A stretch of DNA of 64,000 bases, from contig CAJTUT010000002.1 of the NCBI GenBank assembly GCA_910579455.1, positions 44,353 through 108,352 on the forward strand, read 5' to 3'. The DNA is from an uncultured Bacilli bacterium. Its GTDB lineage: Bacteria; Bacillota_I; Bacilli_A; RF39; UBA660. Below the pieces are notes generated by a model. It was given only the letters and a program-made list of their open reading frames with translations. It was not told where the DNA came from and searched no databases. The position numbers and the translations under genes are program-made. Below, in pieces: positions 1 to 11,000 of this stretch; the first letter of the stretch is position 1; each line of letters begins with the position of its first letter.

Positions 1-204
1 TAATTTTTTGTACTTTCTAATTTCATCATAACAATAAATTTCTAACCGTAACTGAGAATTTAAGGTTTCTTGATACCTTTTTATTTTATCCATCAACTCC
101 CGATTTTGATATACACTATTTTTAGCCTGATATAAGTGTTTCCATATTTCTAACTGATCTAATTCTTTCTTTAATGACTCCACTTTACCTAATAATTCCA
201 ACAT
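1..204 (-). CDS. partial ORF (68 codons in window, runs past the window start), small coiled-coil protein, possibly YlbF/UPF0342-like
   Basis: ATG at 204-202 (minus) opens a frame reading MLELLGKVESLKKELDQLEIWKHLYQAKNSVYQNRELMDKIKRYQETLNSQLRLEIY... with no stop before position 1. Its position next to YlbD/YlbE-like ORFs resembles the B. subtilis ylbD-ylbE-ylbF order. Weak, by-eye only. Confidence 0.3.
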   Translation of the reverse strand, partial: MLELLGKVESLKKELDQLEIWKHLYQAKNSVYQNRELMDKIKRYQETLNSQLRLEIYCYDEIRKYKKL

Positions 205-334
205 ATATCATCACTCTTTTCTATATCAACATTATAACAACCTATCAATTTAAATTCAACTTACAAATTAGTTATCATTCCTTCTTTTCGTAGTTATATG
301 ATCATAAAAAAGTACTTACCCAAAAGATAAATAC

Positions 335-556
335 TTATTTTAATACATCCATGAAACTTCTAATAAGACTCATGCTATTATTTAATTTTTCCAATCGACC
401 CTCTGCCGTTAACTTATATCGATTTCTCATCTCTAATTCTAATTGCTTAATACTCTCTGGATTTCTATTTAGACTCTTATACCAATATGAATTTTCTCTT
501 AAATATCTATAAATATTAGGATTACTTTTTACTATAATTTGAGTTTTAATATTCAT
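335..556 (-). CDS. small hypothetical protein (YlbE-like?)
   Basis: 73-aa ORF; the motif Y.YLRENSYWYK.LNRNP recalls the YlbE family as I remember it, with no verification. It is start-to-stop adjacent to the next ORF (position 556 shared). Confidence 0.4.
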   Translation of the reverse strand: MNIKTQIIVKSNPNIYRYLRENSYWYKSLNRNPESIKQLELEMRNRYKLTAEGRLEKLNNSMSLIRSFMDVLK

Positions 557-909
557 TAGTCATCAAAATATCGATATAATGGTCTAGGTTCATAAGTAGA
601 AGTACTGGATTTTGAACCAATTCCAATATCCTGAAGTAAGCCGATTGTTTTTTGAAGATTAGAAACACCCTTCTGGACAGACTCCAAATCAACATTTCTT
701 ATCATATTGATTAAATCACTAAAAGAAGATTCATTATTCTTTGTTGATGCTACAGAATGTCTTACAATATATTTATCCCAAACATCACTTTCCTCACCAT
801 ACATTTCATACAACTCATATAATTTCTGCCAACTGGTTTTGTTATCCATCACATAATTACCTAGTTCTGGATGAATTCGTACAAATTTTTTAAATAATTC
901 TTTTGACAT
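556..909 (-). CDS. hypothetical protein (YlbD-like?)
   Basis: 117-aa ORF tightly coupled to the downstream ORF; no recognisable catalytic motif. Confidence 0.4.
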   Translation of the reverse strand: MSKELFKKFVRIHPELGNYVMDNKTSWQKLYELYEMYGEESDVWDKYIVRHSVASTKNNESSFSDLINMIRNVDLESVQKGVSNLQKTIGLLQDIGIGSKSSTSTYEPRPLYRYFDD

Positions 910-1108
910 ATAACCACCTAATAATATATATGATAAAAAAATAAGTAAATACCTACTTATTCTTTTTATTTTGATGGATATCTTCTATAGATTCGATTTT
1001 CTTTCAAAAAACACTCATCACATTTTTATTGGAATTTTCATTAATAGAAAATCCTAAAAACCTAAAACTATCAAATAGGTTGGAATACGAGCAAATATAT
1101 TGTATTCT

Positions 1109-3670
1109 CTACTCTTTCTTTAAAAAGTCATCTATTGTCATTAAGCGATCATCAATTTCTTCTACTGAAATCTGATCCTTTTTTAACTTTATCTCCGCCC
1201 TTGAAGAATTCTTTTCCTCCTGAGGTGCAAATTGTTCTTCCCCTACTAATTCACTGACAATAAAAGCATCACTTATTTCTTTTTTAAAAATTTGACTACC
1301 TGTTGAGTAACGGTCTAGTATTGGTAATTCTGTCATTTTTAATGTTTTAATCTCCTCGCCTTTAATCCCTAAATATTTTTTAGAATCTACAACAAATGTC
1401 TTAACAATAGAGTATGGATTGGTCTTAACTTCACGAATTGTTAATAATCCACGGCGAGCTCTAGTAGAAATTGGAAATTCATTAAGTCTTACCCTTTTAC
1501 CTGTTCCTTTATCGGTAATAATCGTAATAAATTCTTCAGAATCATAACTAAAGTTATTCATAGAAACTATTCTCTCATCTTTTAGCCTCATTGATTTTAC
1601 ACCACTTGCTTTCACTCCTACTATTGGGATTTCTTCTACTAAGAAACTCAAACCATATCCAGTATTGGTAGTCAGAAATACAGCATCACCATCTTCTCTC
1701 ATCGCCGCAATTAGTAGATCATCTTCTTTTAACTTCATACAAGAAGCTGGTTTTGAATACCTACTAAGTTTAAAATCACAAATCTTACTTCTTTTTATCA
1801 TTCCATTTTGGGTGGCTATTATAATATTATTTTCTCTATCAAATGAATAAATAGGGATTGCTGATACTACATATTCTTCTGGTGAAATCGGAGTTAAATT
1901 TGAAATATGTTTTCCCATATCTTTCCACTTAATATCAAAAATCATATGTACTGGAATATATAAATAATTCCCTAAAGATGTAAACACTAATAAAGTGTGA
2001 ATTGTTGACATTTCATATTGTCCAATAATATAATCATTTTCCTTTAGAGCTGGTAAACCCTCACTACTTGCTTGATAGCTTCTAAGACTAGTCCTTTTAA
2101 TATATCCATCTTTTGTAACCATCACAATCACATCTTCTTTAGGAATCATGACTGTAGTATCAATTTTAATTTCTGTAATTTCCTCTTTAATATCTGTAAT
2201 TCGGTCTACTCCAAAATTTTTCTTTACATCCTTTAACTCTTTTTTCATAACTCCCTTTAAAACTTCAGTATCCCCTAAAATGGCTGTTAATCCCTCAATA
2301 ATTTTTTTCAGTTTTTCCATTTCACTTTCTAATTCTACTACATCGGTATTAGTCAAACGATAAAGTTGTAACATAACAATAGCCTCAGCCTGACGTTCTG
2401 AAAAATCAAATTCCTTTACTAAATTTAGTTTGGCATCATTTTTATTTTTAGATGAACGAATTACTTTAATTACCTCATCCAAAATAGAAATACATTTAAT
2501 TAATCCCTCTACAATATGAAGGCGTGCTTTGGCATGATTTAAATCAAACTCAGTTCTTCTAGTGATTACTTGCCTTTGATGAGCAATAAAAGCATCTAAA
2601 GAGGCACATAGCCCAAGAAGCTTAGGTCTTTTATTAACAATAGATACCATATTAAAATTATAACTGATTTGCATATCTGTATTTTTCAATAAATAATTAA
2701 TAATAAGTTCTTCATTGGCTCCCTTTTTTAAATCAATTACAATACGTACATCACTAGCGGATTCATCTCTAACTTCTAAGATACCATCGATTTTCTTATC
2801 AATTCTAATATCATCTATTTTCTTAACCATTTGAGCTTTATTAGATTCAAATGGAATCTCTGTAATAATAATAGAAGTCTTACCCTGTATTTTCTCTGTA
2901 CTATAACGACTTCTAATAACAATACGACCTCGTCCAGTTTCGTAAGCATTTCGAATTCCATCAAGGCCCTCAACAATCCCACCAGTTGGAAAATCAGGTC
3001 CTTTTACGTATTTCATTAATGTATCCAGGCTACAATTAGGAGTATCAATTCTATGAATGGTAGCATCAATTACTTCTGATAAATTATGGGGAGGAATATT
3101 GGTAGCATATCCTGCCGAAATTCCTTGAGCACCATAAACAAGAAGTGCCGGAAACCTCGCAGGTAAAACGGTAGGCTCTACTGTAGTATCATCAAAGTTT
3201 GGTGCAAACTCAATCGTATTTTTATCAATATCACGAAGCATTTCATTACTGATTTGAGAAAGTCTTGCCTCAGTATAACGATAAGCAGCTGGACTATCCC
3301 CATCAATAGAACCATTGTTACCATGCATATCAATATAAGGAGTTCTAGTCTTCCAAGATTGACTCATTCTAACCATCGCATCATAAATAGAGGTATCTCC
3401 ATGGGGATGATAATTCCCAATAACATCCCCAACTGTTTTAGCACTTTTACGATATCCTCTATCAAAAGTATTTTTCTCCTTATACATAGAATATAAAATA
3501 CGACGTTGCACAGGTTTTAAACCATCCCTTGCATCAGGAATTGCACGATCTTGAATAATGTATTTAGAGTAGCTTCCAAAACGTTCTCCCATAATATCTT
3601 CTAATGTATAATCAAATATTTTCTCTATTACTTCTTGTGTTTCTGTTTTTTTTCTTGACATATCAATCAC
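1109..3670 (-). CDS. parC: DNA topoisomerase IV subunit A (ParC/GrlA)
   Basis: 853 aa. The type IIA topoisomerase A-subunit motif KSAKTVGDVIGNYHPHGDTSIYDAMVRMSQSWKTR...MHGNNGSIDGDSPAAYRYTEARL contains the active-site Tyr in AAYRYTEARL. No GyrA-box (QRRGGKG) was seen in the C-terminal domain, and the gene sits directly downstream of a ParE/GyrB-type gene. The SQ.W motif and locus favour ParC over GyrA. Confidence 0.85.
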   Translation of the reverse strand: MIDMSRKKTETQEVIEKIFDYTLEDIMGERFGSYSKYIIQDRAIPDARDGLKPVQRRILYSMYKEKNTFDRGYRKSAKTVGDVIGNYHPHGDTSIYDAMVRMSQSWKTRTPYIDMHGNNGSIDGDSPAAYRYTEARLSQISNEMLRDIDKNTIEFAPNFDDTTVEPTVLPARFPALLVYGAQGISAGYATNIPPHNLSEVIDATIHRIDTPNCSLDTLMKYVKGPDFPTGGIVEGLDGIRNAYETGRGRIVIRSRYSTEKIQGKTSIIITEIPFESNKAQMVKKIDDIRIDKKIDGILEVRDESASDVRIVIDLKKGANEELIINYLLKNTDMQISYNFNMVSIVNKRPKLLGLCASLDAFIAHQRQVITRRTEFDLNHAKARLHIVEGLIKCISILDEVIKVIRSSKNKNDAKLNLVKEFDFSERQAEAIVMLQLYRLTNTDVVELESEMEKLKKIIEGLTAILGDTEVLKGVMKKELKDVKKNFGVDRITDIKEEITEIKIDTTVMIPKEDVIVMVTKDGYIKRTSLRSYQASSEGLPALKENDYIIGQYEMSTIHTLLVFTSLGNYLYIPVHMIFDIKWKDMGKHISNLTPISPEEYVVSAIPIYSFDRENNIIIATQNGMIKRSKICDFKLSRYSKPASCMKLKEDDLLIAAMREDGDAVFLTTNTGYGLSFLVEEIPIVGVKASGVKSMRLKDERIVSMNNFSYDSEEFITIITDKGTGKRVRLNEFPISTRARRGLLTIREVKTNPYSIVKTFVVDSKKYLGIKGEEIKTLKMTELPILDRYSTGSQIFKKEISDAFIVSELVGEEQFAPQEEKNSSRAEIKLKKDQISVEEIDDRLMTIDDFLKKE

Positions 3671-4153
3671 CTAATTTCATTTTTATCTTCGCCTTAATGT
3701 ATTATATCTCATACCTTTTTATTCTTTGTTTTGTTTTTTCATAGCTTCCATCCTGATATTGTTCAAAAATCGAACTATATATTTGATGACTTCTTATAGA
3801 AACAGTATGGTAGCTATTGCTATACCTTTGTTCAATCACTTTATCTATTTGCCAATTCATTTGATTTTTTAAAGAATTTGTATTAAAGAATATGGCATCT
3901 AATATATTCATATACTTTTTACCATTTATCGTACCTACCTTATTAATTGCACAAAATAAAAAGTTATTCGTTAATTCAAAATTACATATAAGCTCATCAA
4001 TCAACAAACCATCTATATATTCAAAAGGAATCAAACTAAATCTACCTTATTTTAGGACTAGCATCCTCAACTGATTCAAATGAATCAGCTGGCTTTACAA
4101 TATAAAAATCGATTGCTGGAATAATATAAGTATTCTCCTTCATATAACATCCC

Positions 4154-6055
4154 CTATATCTGATAATCATCTTCTAGAGTAAATTCTACATTCTCATCAA
4201 TCCATTCCTTACGAGGGGGAACATCATCTCCCATTAAAACAGAGACACGTTTTTCTGCTAATTGTGCATCCTCAATATTTACCCTAATTAGCGTTCTAGA
4301 GCCAGGTTGCATAGTCGTCTCACATAGTTGATCTGCATTCATCTCACCTAATCCCTTATATCGTTGAATATCACATTTTCTACCTTTAGATTTTTCTTTC
4401 ATTTCTTCCACTGTATAAGCATATTCTACCTGTTTTCCACATTGGATTTTAAAAAGTGGTGGTAGGGCAACAAAAAGGCGACCAGCCTCTATTAATGGTT
4501 TCATATAACGATAAAAGAATGTTAAAAGTAAGCACTGAATATGTCCTCCGTCTTCATCTGCATCGCTCATGATAATAACTTTAGAGTATTCGCAATCTTC
4601 AATTGAAAAATTTTGACCATAACCTGCACCAATTGTATAAATCATCGTATTAATCTCTTCATTCTTCAAAATGTCTTCCTCTTTAGTTTTTTCTGTATTT
4701 AAGACTTTACCGCGTAAAGGAAGAATTGCCTGGTACTTACGATTTCTTCCTTGTTTTGCAGAACCACCTGCAGAGTCTCCCTCTACCAAAAACAATTCTT
4801 TTTTTGTTTTATCTTTACTTCCAGCTGGAGCAAGTTTGCCAGATAAACTTCTCTCCTTTGAATTTCTTTTGCTTCCTTTCCGTGCCTCTTCTCTTGCTTT
4901 TCTAGCTGCCTCCCGTGCAATTTTACTTTTCAAGGATTTATTAATAATCTCTGTTGCAATTACTTTATTTTCTTCTAAAAATACTTTCATTTGCTCAGTA
5001 ACAATAGAATCTACCGCAACTCTTGCCTGAGGCGTTCCAAGTTTTCCCTTTGTTTGACCCTCAAATTGAAGAAGTGACTCAGGTATCTTTAAACTAATCA
5101 CTGCAGTCAATCCTTCTCTAACATCACTACCCTCCAGTGATTTTTCTTTGCCCTTAATAAAACCATTACTTTTTGCATAATCATTAAAGACACGGGTTAA
5201 AGCTGTTTTAAATCCAACCTCATGACTTCCACCATCTATAGTTTTAACATTATTAACAAAACTTACGATATTTTCAGAATAAGTATCCGTATACTGCATA
5301 GAAATCTCTACTTCAATTTTATCCTTTGTACCACCAATAGATAATACCTTATGAAGTACGTTTTTTCCATGATTTAAATCCTCTACAAACTCTTCAATCC
5401 CTCTTTCATAGCAAAATTTTGCTTTTCTTTCATCTTCCTCATCAATAACCTCTATTGTAATTCCTTTTAATAAAAAGGCAGACTCTTGCATCCTTTCACA
5501 TATCGTTGTAAAGGAAAAATTAGTAGAAGAAAAAATATCAGAATCTGGTAAAAATCTAACTGTAGTACCGCTTTTATTTGTACTCCCTATTTTTTTAAGA
5601 GGTACAGAGACTGTTCCACCATTTTCAAATCGAATATAGTACTCTTCTTTATTATGTTTAATAGTTACTTCCATCCATTTGGATAAAGCGTTAACGACAC
5701 TAGAACCAACTCCATGTAAACCTCCAGACACTTTATAGCCATCTGATTCAAATTTACCGCCTGCATGTAATACAGTAAATATAACTTCTGGAGTAGACTT
5801 ACCAGATGCATGCATTCCCGTAGGAACCCCACGTCCATGATCCTCTACACTAACACTTTTATCAGAATGAATTATAATTTTAATATAATCTCCAAAACCA
5901 TTAATTGCTTCATCTACAGAATTATCAACAATTTCCCAAATCAAATGATGGAGTCCTCTTTTATCAGTAGAACCAATATACATTCCGGGACGCTTTCTCA
6001 CTGCTTCTAATCCCTCTAGTATTTTAATCGATGAATCATCATACTTTAACGACAT
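4154..6055 (-). CDS. parE: DNA topoisomerase IV subunit B (ParE/GrlB)
   Basis: GHKL ATPase plus Toprim: ILEGLEAVRKRPGMYIGS, HHLIWEIVDNSVDEA, EGDSAGG, PLRGKVLN. The track ORF starts at 6112, but the conserved N-terminus MSLKYDDSSIKILEGLEAV begins at the ATG 6055-6053, preceded by a GGTGAT RBS. Confidence 0.85.
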   Translation of the reverse strand: MSLKYDDSSIKILEGLEAVRKRPGMYIGSTDKRGLHHLIWEIVDNSVDEAINGFGDYIKIIIHSDKSVSVEDHGRGVPTGMHASGKSTPEVIFTVLHAGGKFESDGYKVSGGLHGVGSSVVNALSKWMEVTIKHNKEEYYIRFENGGTVSVPLKKIGSTNKSGTTVRFLPDSDIFSSTNFSFTTICERMQESAFLLKGITIEVIDEEDERKAKFCYERGIEEFVEDLNHGKNVLHKVLSIGGTKDKIEVEISMQYTDTYSENIVSFVNNVKTIDGGSHEVGFKTALTRVFNDYAKSNGFIKGKEKSLEGSDVREGLTAVISLKIPESLLQFEGQTKGKLGTPQARVAVDSIVTEQMKVFLEENKVIATEIINKSLKSKIAREAARKAREEARKGSKRNSKERSLSGKLAPAGSKDKTKKELFLVEGDSAGGSAKQGRNRKYQAILPLRGKVLNTEKTKEEDILKNEEINTMIYTIGAGYGQNFSIEDCEYSKVIIMSDADEDGGHIQCLLLTFFYRYMKPLIEAGRLFVALPPLFKIQCGKQVEYAYTVEEMKEKSKGRKCDIQRYKGLGEMNADQLCETTMQPGSRTLIRVNIEDAQLAEKRVSVLMGDDVPPRKEWIDENVEFTLEDDYQI

Positions 6056-6090
6056 TTTATTATCACCATTACTTTCCACAATAATTATAC

Positions 6091-6124
6091 AAAAAAAATA
6101 GTCAAACATCAAATTATTTGACTA
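6091..6124 (-). terminator. rho-independent terminator (8-bp stem tagtcaaa/tttgacta, 10-nt loop, then a T8 run on the minus strand)
   Basis: Inverted repeat 6099-6106 / 6117-6124 with an A8 run at 6091-6098 on the plus strand, which is a U-tract on the minus strand. It lies between the 309-aa gene and parE. Confidence 0.5.
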
Positions 6125-6274
6125 CTTTTGACATCGACTACTCCTATTTTTGCCAGTTATGCTCTTCTTTAAAAGGGATTTAAAATACTTTTTATAAATT
6201 ATGCTTTCAAAATTTCATAAAAATTTGCTATACTTAAGCACCTACCGTTTAAGGTAATAATACACTATATAATT

Positions 6275-7204
6275 TTAAACCACATTAACACTTCTTACTG
6301 AGGTACCTGTATTCCCATCGCTATCAGTTACCTTATAATATATATAATAAGTACCTAGTCTTGTTGTATCAATTCTATCTATTTTCTCTAAAGCACCATT
6401 ATTAGAATAATAATACGTCATAATAATAGAAGAAGTAGGAATTTTATCCTTATCATCTACTACCTTACTTACCCCTGCATCTATATAATTAGTTCCATGT
6501 TCAACATTAACACTAGACTCTCCATTTAATACAATAACTGGTGTAGTACCATCTACAATATCTTGTTCCTTTACATTATCTTGAACAGCACTCACAACAA
6601 TTCTAGCAGCAAAAGTTTTTCCCTGAACACTATTGTCAGCATCTTCTGTCAACCACATTTTTAATTCGTAGTCAATTTTATCATTTCCAGATTCTGCACT
6701 CAAACTACCACTATCCAAAAGCAGACTATCTGAAAGATACCTAGCATCAGACCAATTGCTATCTCCTAATTTTAGACTATATCGAATATATTTTCTATCT
6801 AGGGTTTTCTCATTAACAGCCATTTCTTCTAAACTAACATTATATTTAGCATTCACATCACCTGTATTCTTAATTGTAAAATGATAACTATCTGTAGCCA
6901 TTCCTTCACTATCACTCATAGGTGCTAAATTAGACATATGAATTTCTTTTCCGTCTTCAAATTTCACCTTAAAAGTTCCTGCTACAATTTCTGTTTCTTT
7001 TTTACTATCGACAGAAAAACGGAAAAATGCATAGCTTGTTCCTATTACAGACATCAATAAAAAAGCTGCTAAAACAATAATTTTTGTTATTTCTCTTCTA
7101 TTTTTCTGATGTAAATTATCATTATTTAATTCTACTGTTCTAAAATGATCTCCTACTTTTCCCTTTTTAAACTGTCTTTTCTTCTTACGATCCATGAATC
7201 TCAC
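6275..7204 (-). CDS. TasA/camelysin-like (SipW-cognate-type) secreted protein with a C-terminal DUF5011/Ig-like domain; short paralogue of the giant protein
   Basis: The N-terminus has a basic tail (KKGKVGDHFRTVELNNDNLHQKNRRE), a TM helix (IIVLAAFLLMSVIGTSYAFF) and then SVDSKKETEIVAGTFKVKF...MSNLAPMSDSEG...FTIKNTGDVNAKY. This aligns by eye with CalY/TasA (GGGTFAYFSDKE...AAGTLDL...DLKPGD...FLLQNSGSLTIK). The first ~205 aa are about 70% identical to the N-terminus of the 2724-aa protein. The C-terminus (PVIVLNGESSVNVEHGTNYIDAGV...YYIYYKVTDSDGNTG) is a DUF5011-type Ig-like fold. Confidence 0.55.
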   Translation of the reverse strand: MRFMDRKKKRQFKKGKVGDHFRTVELNNDNLHQKNRREITKIIVLAAFLLMSVIGTSYAFFRFSVDSKKETEIVAGTFKVKFEDGKEIHMSNLAPMSDSEGMATDSYHFTIKNTGDVNAKYNVSLEEMAVNEKTLDRKYIRYSLKLGDSNWSDARYLSDSLLLDSGSLSAESGNDKIDYELKMWLTEDADNSVQGKTFAARIVVSAVQDNVKEQDIVDGTTPVIVLNGESSVNVEHGTNYIDAGVSKVVDDKDKIPTSSIIMTYYYSNNGALEKIDRIDTTRLGTYYIYYKVTDSDGNTGTSVRSVNVV

Positions 7205-7288
7205 ACCTTACATTTACAATTATTCTAATTACCATTCTACAATACTTTTAAAAAATAATAAAGAGAAACAGCAAAAAAAGTAGTAACT

Positions 7289-8011
7289 TTACTTACTACC
7301 TTCCCTAGAAAAAACTAAAATATTATTTTTATAAATCTTATATCGAACTTTAACCGTTCCAATATTCGTTCCAAATTTTACTATATTTTTATTAGTTAAA
7401 TACTTTTCGATATTTTTTCTATTACTATCCCCTCTCAAATAATCATTAATATTCTTTACTGCTGATTCATCCTTTTTATCCATATAAAAATTTAATACTT
7501 CATGCGGATTCTTCACTTTATATTGGTTATAAATAACTTCATAGGTATTCCTACCTTTCTTTTTCATTTTTTTTATATCATATTTTATTAAAGGAATTTC
7601 TGCTATAACAGAAGAGGATAGATCATCTGTTGTTATAATATACTCATCAGTAGTTGGATTATACGTTATATATTGCTCTATCATATATGAGGTAATCCCT
7701 ACTTCCTGTATTTGTTTTTTATTTACATTCAGATCAAAATGACGATTTATAAATTCTACTATTTCCTCTACCCCCACATTATTTTTGTGATATTCGTTTT
7801 TGTAATAAACAACAGTATAACATATATAGTGATCTAAATCATTTTTCTCTAAAACATTCATATATGTCATCATTCTATCGCTATACTTTTTAATAGTAAA
7901 TTTCTCTAAATCGGACATTCTAAATCGATTAAGTATTAATAGGGATAATAGTAATATAATTATCCCTATCATAACATATTTAATTTTAATTATTCTTTTT
8001 ATTTTCTCCAT
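7289..8011 (-). CDS. membrane-anchored hypothetical protein (N-terminal TM, ~200-aa extracytoplasmic part)
   Basis: 240 aa with an N-terminal hydrophobic segment IGIIILLLSLLILN. It sits between the two TasA-like genes, 10 bp after the giant gene stop. Its size and position resemble TapA in the tapA-sipW-tasA operon, but there is no sequence motif to support that. Confidence 0.5.
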   Translation of the reverse strand: MEKIKRIIKIKYVMIGIIILLLSLLILNRFRMSDLEKFTIKKYSDRMMTYMNVLEKNDLDHYICYTVVYYKNEYHKNNVGVEEIVEFINRHFDLNVNKKQIQEVGITSYMIEQYITYNPTTDEYIITTDDLSSSVIAEIPLIKYDIKKMKKKGRNTYEVIYNQYKVKNPHEVLNFYMDKKDESAVKNINDYLRGDSNRKNIEKYLTNKNIVKFGTNIGTVKVRYKIYKNNILVFSREGSK

Positions 8012-8021
8012 AGACTATCTC

Positions 8022-11000
8022 CTACTCCATAAATTCTAGAATACAATACTCATATCCTGTTTCTTCGTCAGTATAAAATCTTACTTCATATCCTGGTTCT
8101 ACCTCAGTTGTAGTCTCTGGTTTTGCATTTGTTGAACCGATGATCCTTCCATCATAATATTTAAATATACCATTCCCTTTTATTACACCAATTCCTGTTA
8201 CTGTAGCAGTTGCTTGTATTAGTGGATTTTCTATTGAGACATTAGCATAATTAGTACCAGATCCATCCTTTATCCCCATTATAACAGTACCACTATCTAT
8301 GTAAATACCGTAAGCCATTCTACCATGAACATCGATTCTTCCACTTTCTAGTTTTATGTTAGAATCACTATTCGATGAGTATATACCTGCTGAGGTAATA
8401 TTACGACCACTAAATACATTTGTGTTTTCCCTCAAATAAATATTCGTATTTTTTAACGTTAAATTGGCAGCTGCTTGTGTAGATATACCATAATTACTAG
8501 TAAAGTTTTCTATATTAAAATCTGTATTTTCTATATTAATATTAGAATTATCATTTATTACAATAGCTGTTGCATCAGCCGAATTTACTGTAGTATTAGA
8601 TGTAATAGCTACATTTTTTATAGATGCATCAGAACTCAATACTATACCCACATATTGAGTGATGTCACCATCACTTGATATCGAACCACCCTCTATATTT
8701 AGTTGACCTTTTCGATGACGTATTATTGGATCACTATCACTAGTACGATAGCTATATATAATATTTGTATTAAGCAAATTTAATATAGCATTTTGATTAT
8801 TATTATCGATAGTAGAGTACATAGTTCCCCCTTGGATTGTTAATTCTCCACTATTATTTACGATATCTCTATATCCAAAATAATAACCAGATACACGATA
8901 AGTATTATTCCGTAAAAGGGCTTCATGATCTTCAGAAGTTTGGTTATAAAATAGATAACCACCAGTTTTCTTATCACTTTTATTTAATGTTGAGTTGCTT
9001 ATCTTACAATTTGAATAATTATATATTCCCGATGATATTACATCTAAAGTTATATCATTCGCTACTAGATTTGCCCCTGCATAATTATGAATTCCTGAAT
9101 ATCCTTTAAATGATGTGCCATTAGCCTCTATACTTGCATTAGCAAAATTAGTAATTAGATAATAATTCGTCGTTAAATTTTCTAATAAAATATCCTCCAA
9201 AACTAAATTTCCTTTATTCGAAATGATAATTGAATTTGTACTAATACTTAACTTTCCTTGATCTGCATTATCCCTTATAGATAATGTTCCTTCATTCATT
9301 ATTGCCTGATTTAGTCTTAGATGATGCCCGTTTAAATCTAATGTAATATTTTTTCCAGCAGTATTAACTTCCTCAAATACCTTAGAATCTTTAATAATCG
9401 TCAACGTATCTCCATTCTGAGATTCTAGTACAGCTGTTTTTAAACTCTTATATTGCATCTCGCCATTTTGAACAAAATATTCTGTTGCTTTTAATGTATT
9501 TCTATGATACATGACCTCGTCAATAATTTGAGTATCATCATCAATTACATAATCATTTGGTATTTTAGAAATTGCCCCATAGTATCCAGCTATTTGCCCA
9601 GATAAAGCACCATCATAGAATGATATAGTTCCATTACCTCCATTATATAGTCCATATTGTTCTCCTATTACTTCTGGACTTTTCGTACTTACTTCATCAT
9701 CCTTATTTCCTAACACCAAATTTGCATTATTTTTTGTTTCTATTCCATATGTTTTTCCTACAATTTTTCCTCCATATACATTTAAGTTTCCATTATTCAT
9801 GATGATACCATCTCCCGATTGTCCTGTTATGGTTCCTTGATATATATTAATTGTGGCACTAGCACTTGAACTTACAAAAATTCCTTCAGAACCAGAGATT
9901 TCTCCATTATAAATATCTAGAGTTCCTCCATTTACAGTTATACGATTACTTATGTTTGGAACCTTTGTTGCATCTTCTGGATCTCCTATTACTGTATTTC
10001 CATAACTACTAATTGATCCATAGCTTCCACTTTTTATTGTTATGTTTGCTCGTTCATGTGCTGAAGGATTTACCCTATAAATATTTGAATTCTCTATTGT
10101 CACATTTGCATTATTGCTAGCTGTAACTCCACCTCTATCAATTTCTACTCCTGTAATATTGACTGTTTTACCTGTTGCTATAGAAATAGTCGTGTCATGT
10201 TTACTATAAGAACTATAACTACCTCCTGTAATATCTATATCAGTTGCAATATACAATACTCTAGCACCATTGGCTGCACTATACGTTCCTCCTGTAATTT
10301 TTCCTTTTCCTGATAGATAAATTACACTTGCTCTTTCTGTTGTTTTTATCGTTCCTGAATTTACTGTTAAATCATTTGTTGACTTGATTGCATATTCACC
10401 ACTTACTACTGATGTGTTAGTATAGGATCCTGTAGCTTCTACACTACTATCTAATATTCTCAATTTTCCTTCATTTGTAATCATTTTTGAGTTTACAAGT
10501 TGCTTTCCACCCAAATCGATGGTTATTTCTTTTCCATTTGGTATTAATACTTCTTCTGCTATTGATACAGACTCAATTACTTCTATAGTACCTTCTGTAT
10601 CTATCGCATCAAGGGCTTTCTTGAAAGTATTATACTCTTCATCTCCTACCTTTAAGAAGTTTGTCATTTTTCCTAAATATGATGTGCTATATAGGATTCC
10701 ATCGACAGTTTCTTCACCTGTTTCTATACCATATCCATCAAGAAGTGTCGTAATTACTCCTGCATGTCCTGCAGTTGTTCCTTTTAATATTCCGTCATAG
10801 AATGATATAGTTCCATTACCTCCACTATATAGTCCATATTGTTCTCCTATTACTTCTGGACTTTTCGTACTTACTTCATCATCCTTATTTCCTAACACCA
10901 AATTTGCATTATTTTTTGTTTCTATTCCATATGTTTTTCCTACAATTTTTCCTCCATATACATTTAAGTTTCCATTATTCATGATGATACCATCTCCCGA

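Noticed and set aside
1109-3670. GyrA rather than ParC
   Set aside because: No QRRGGKG GyrA-box was found in the C-terminal region, and the KTVGDVIG.YHPHGD...MSQ.W pattern and the partner gene fit Gram-positive ParC/ParE. dnaA/dnaN/recF, which usually flank gyrBA, are absent. A residual possibility remains.
8022-8200. C-terminal LPXTG/sortase signal or S-layer homology anchor on the giant protein
   Set aside because: The C-terminus reads ...GYEVRFYTDEETGYEYCILEFME with no LPXTG, hydrophobic stretch or positively charged tail, and no SLH motifs were seen.
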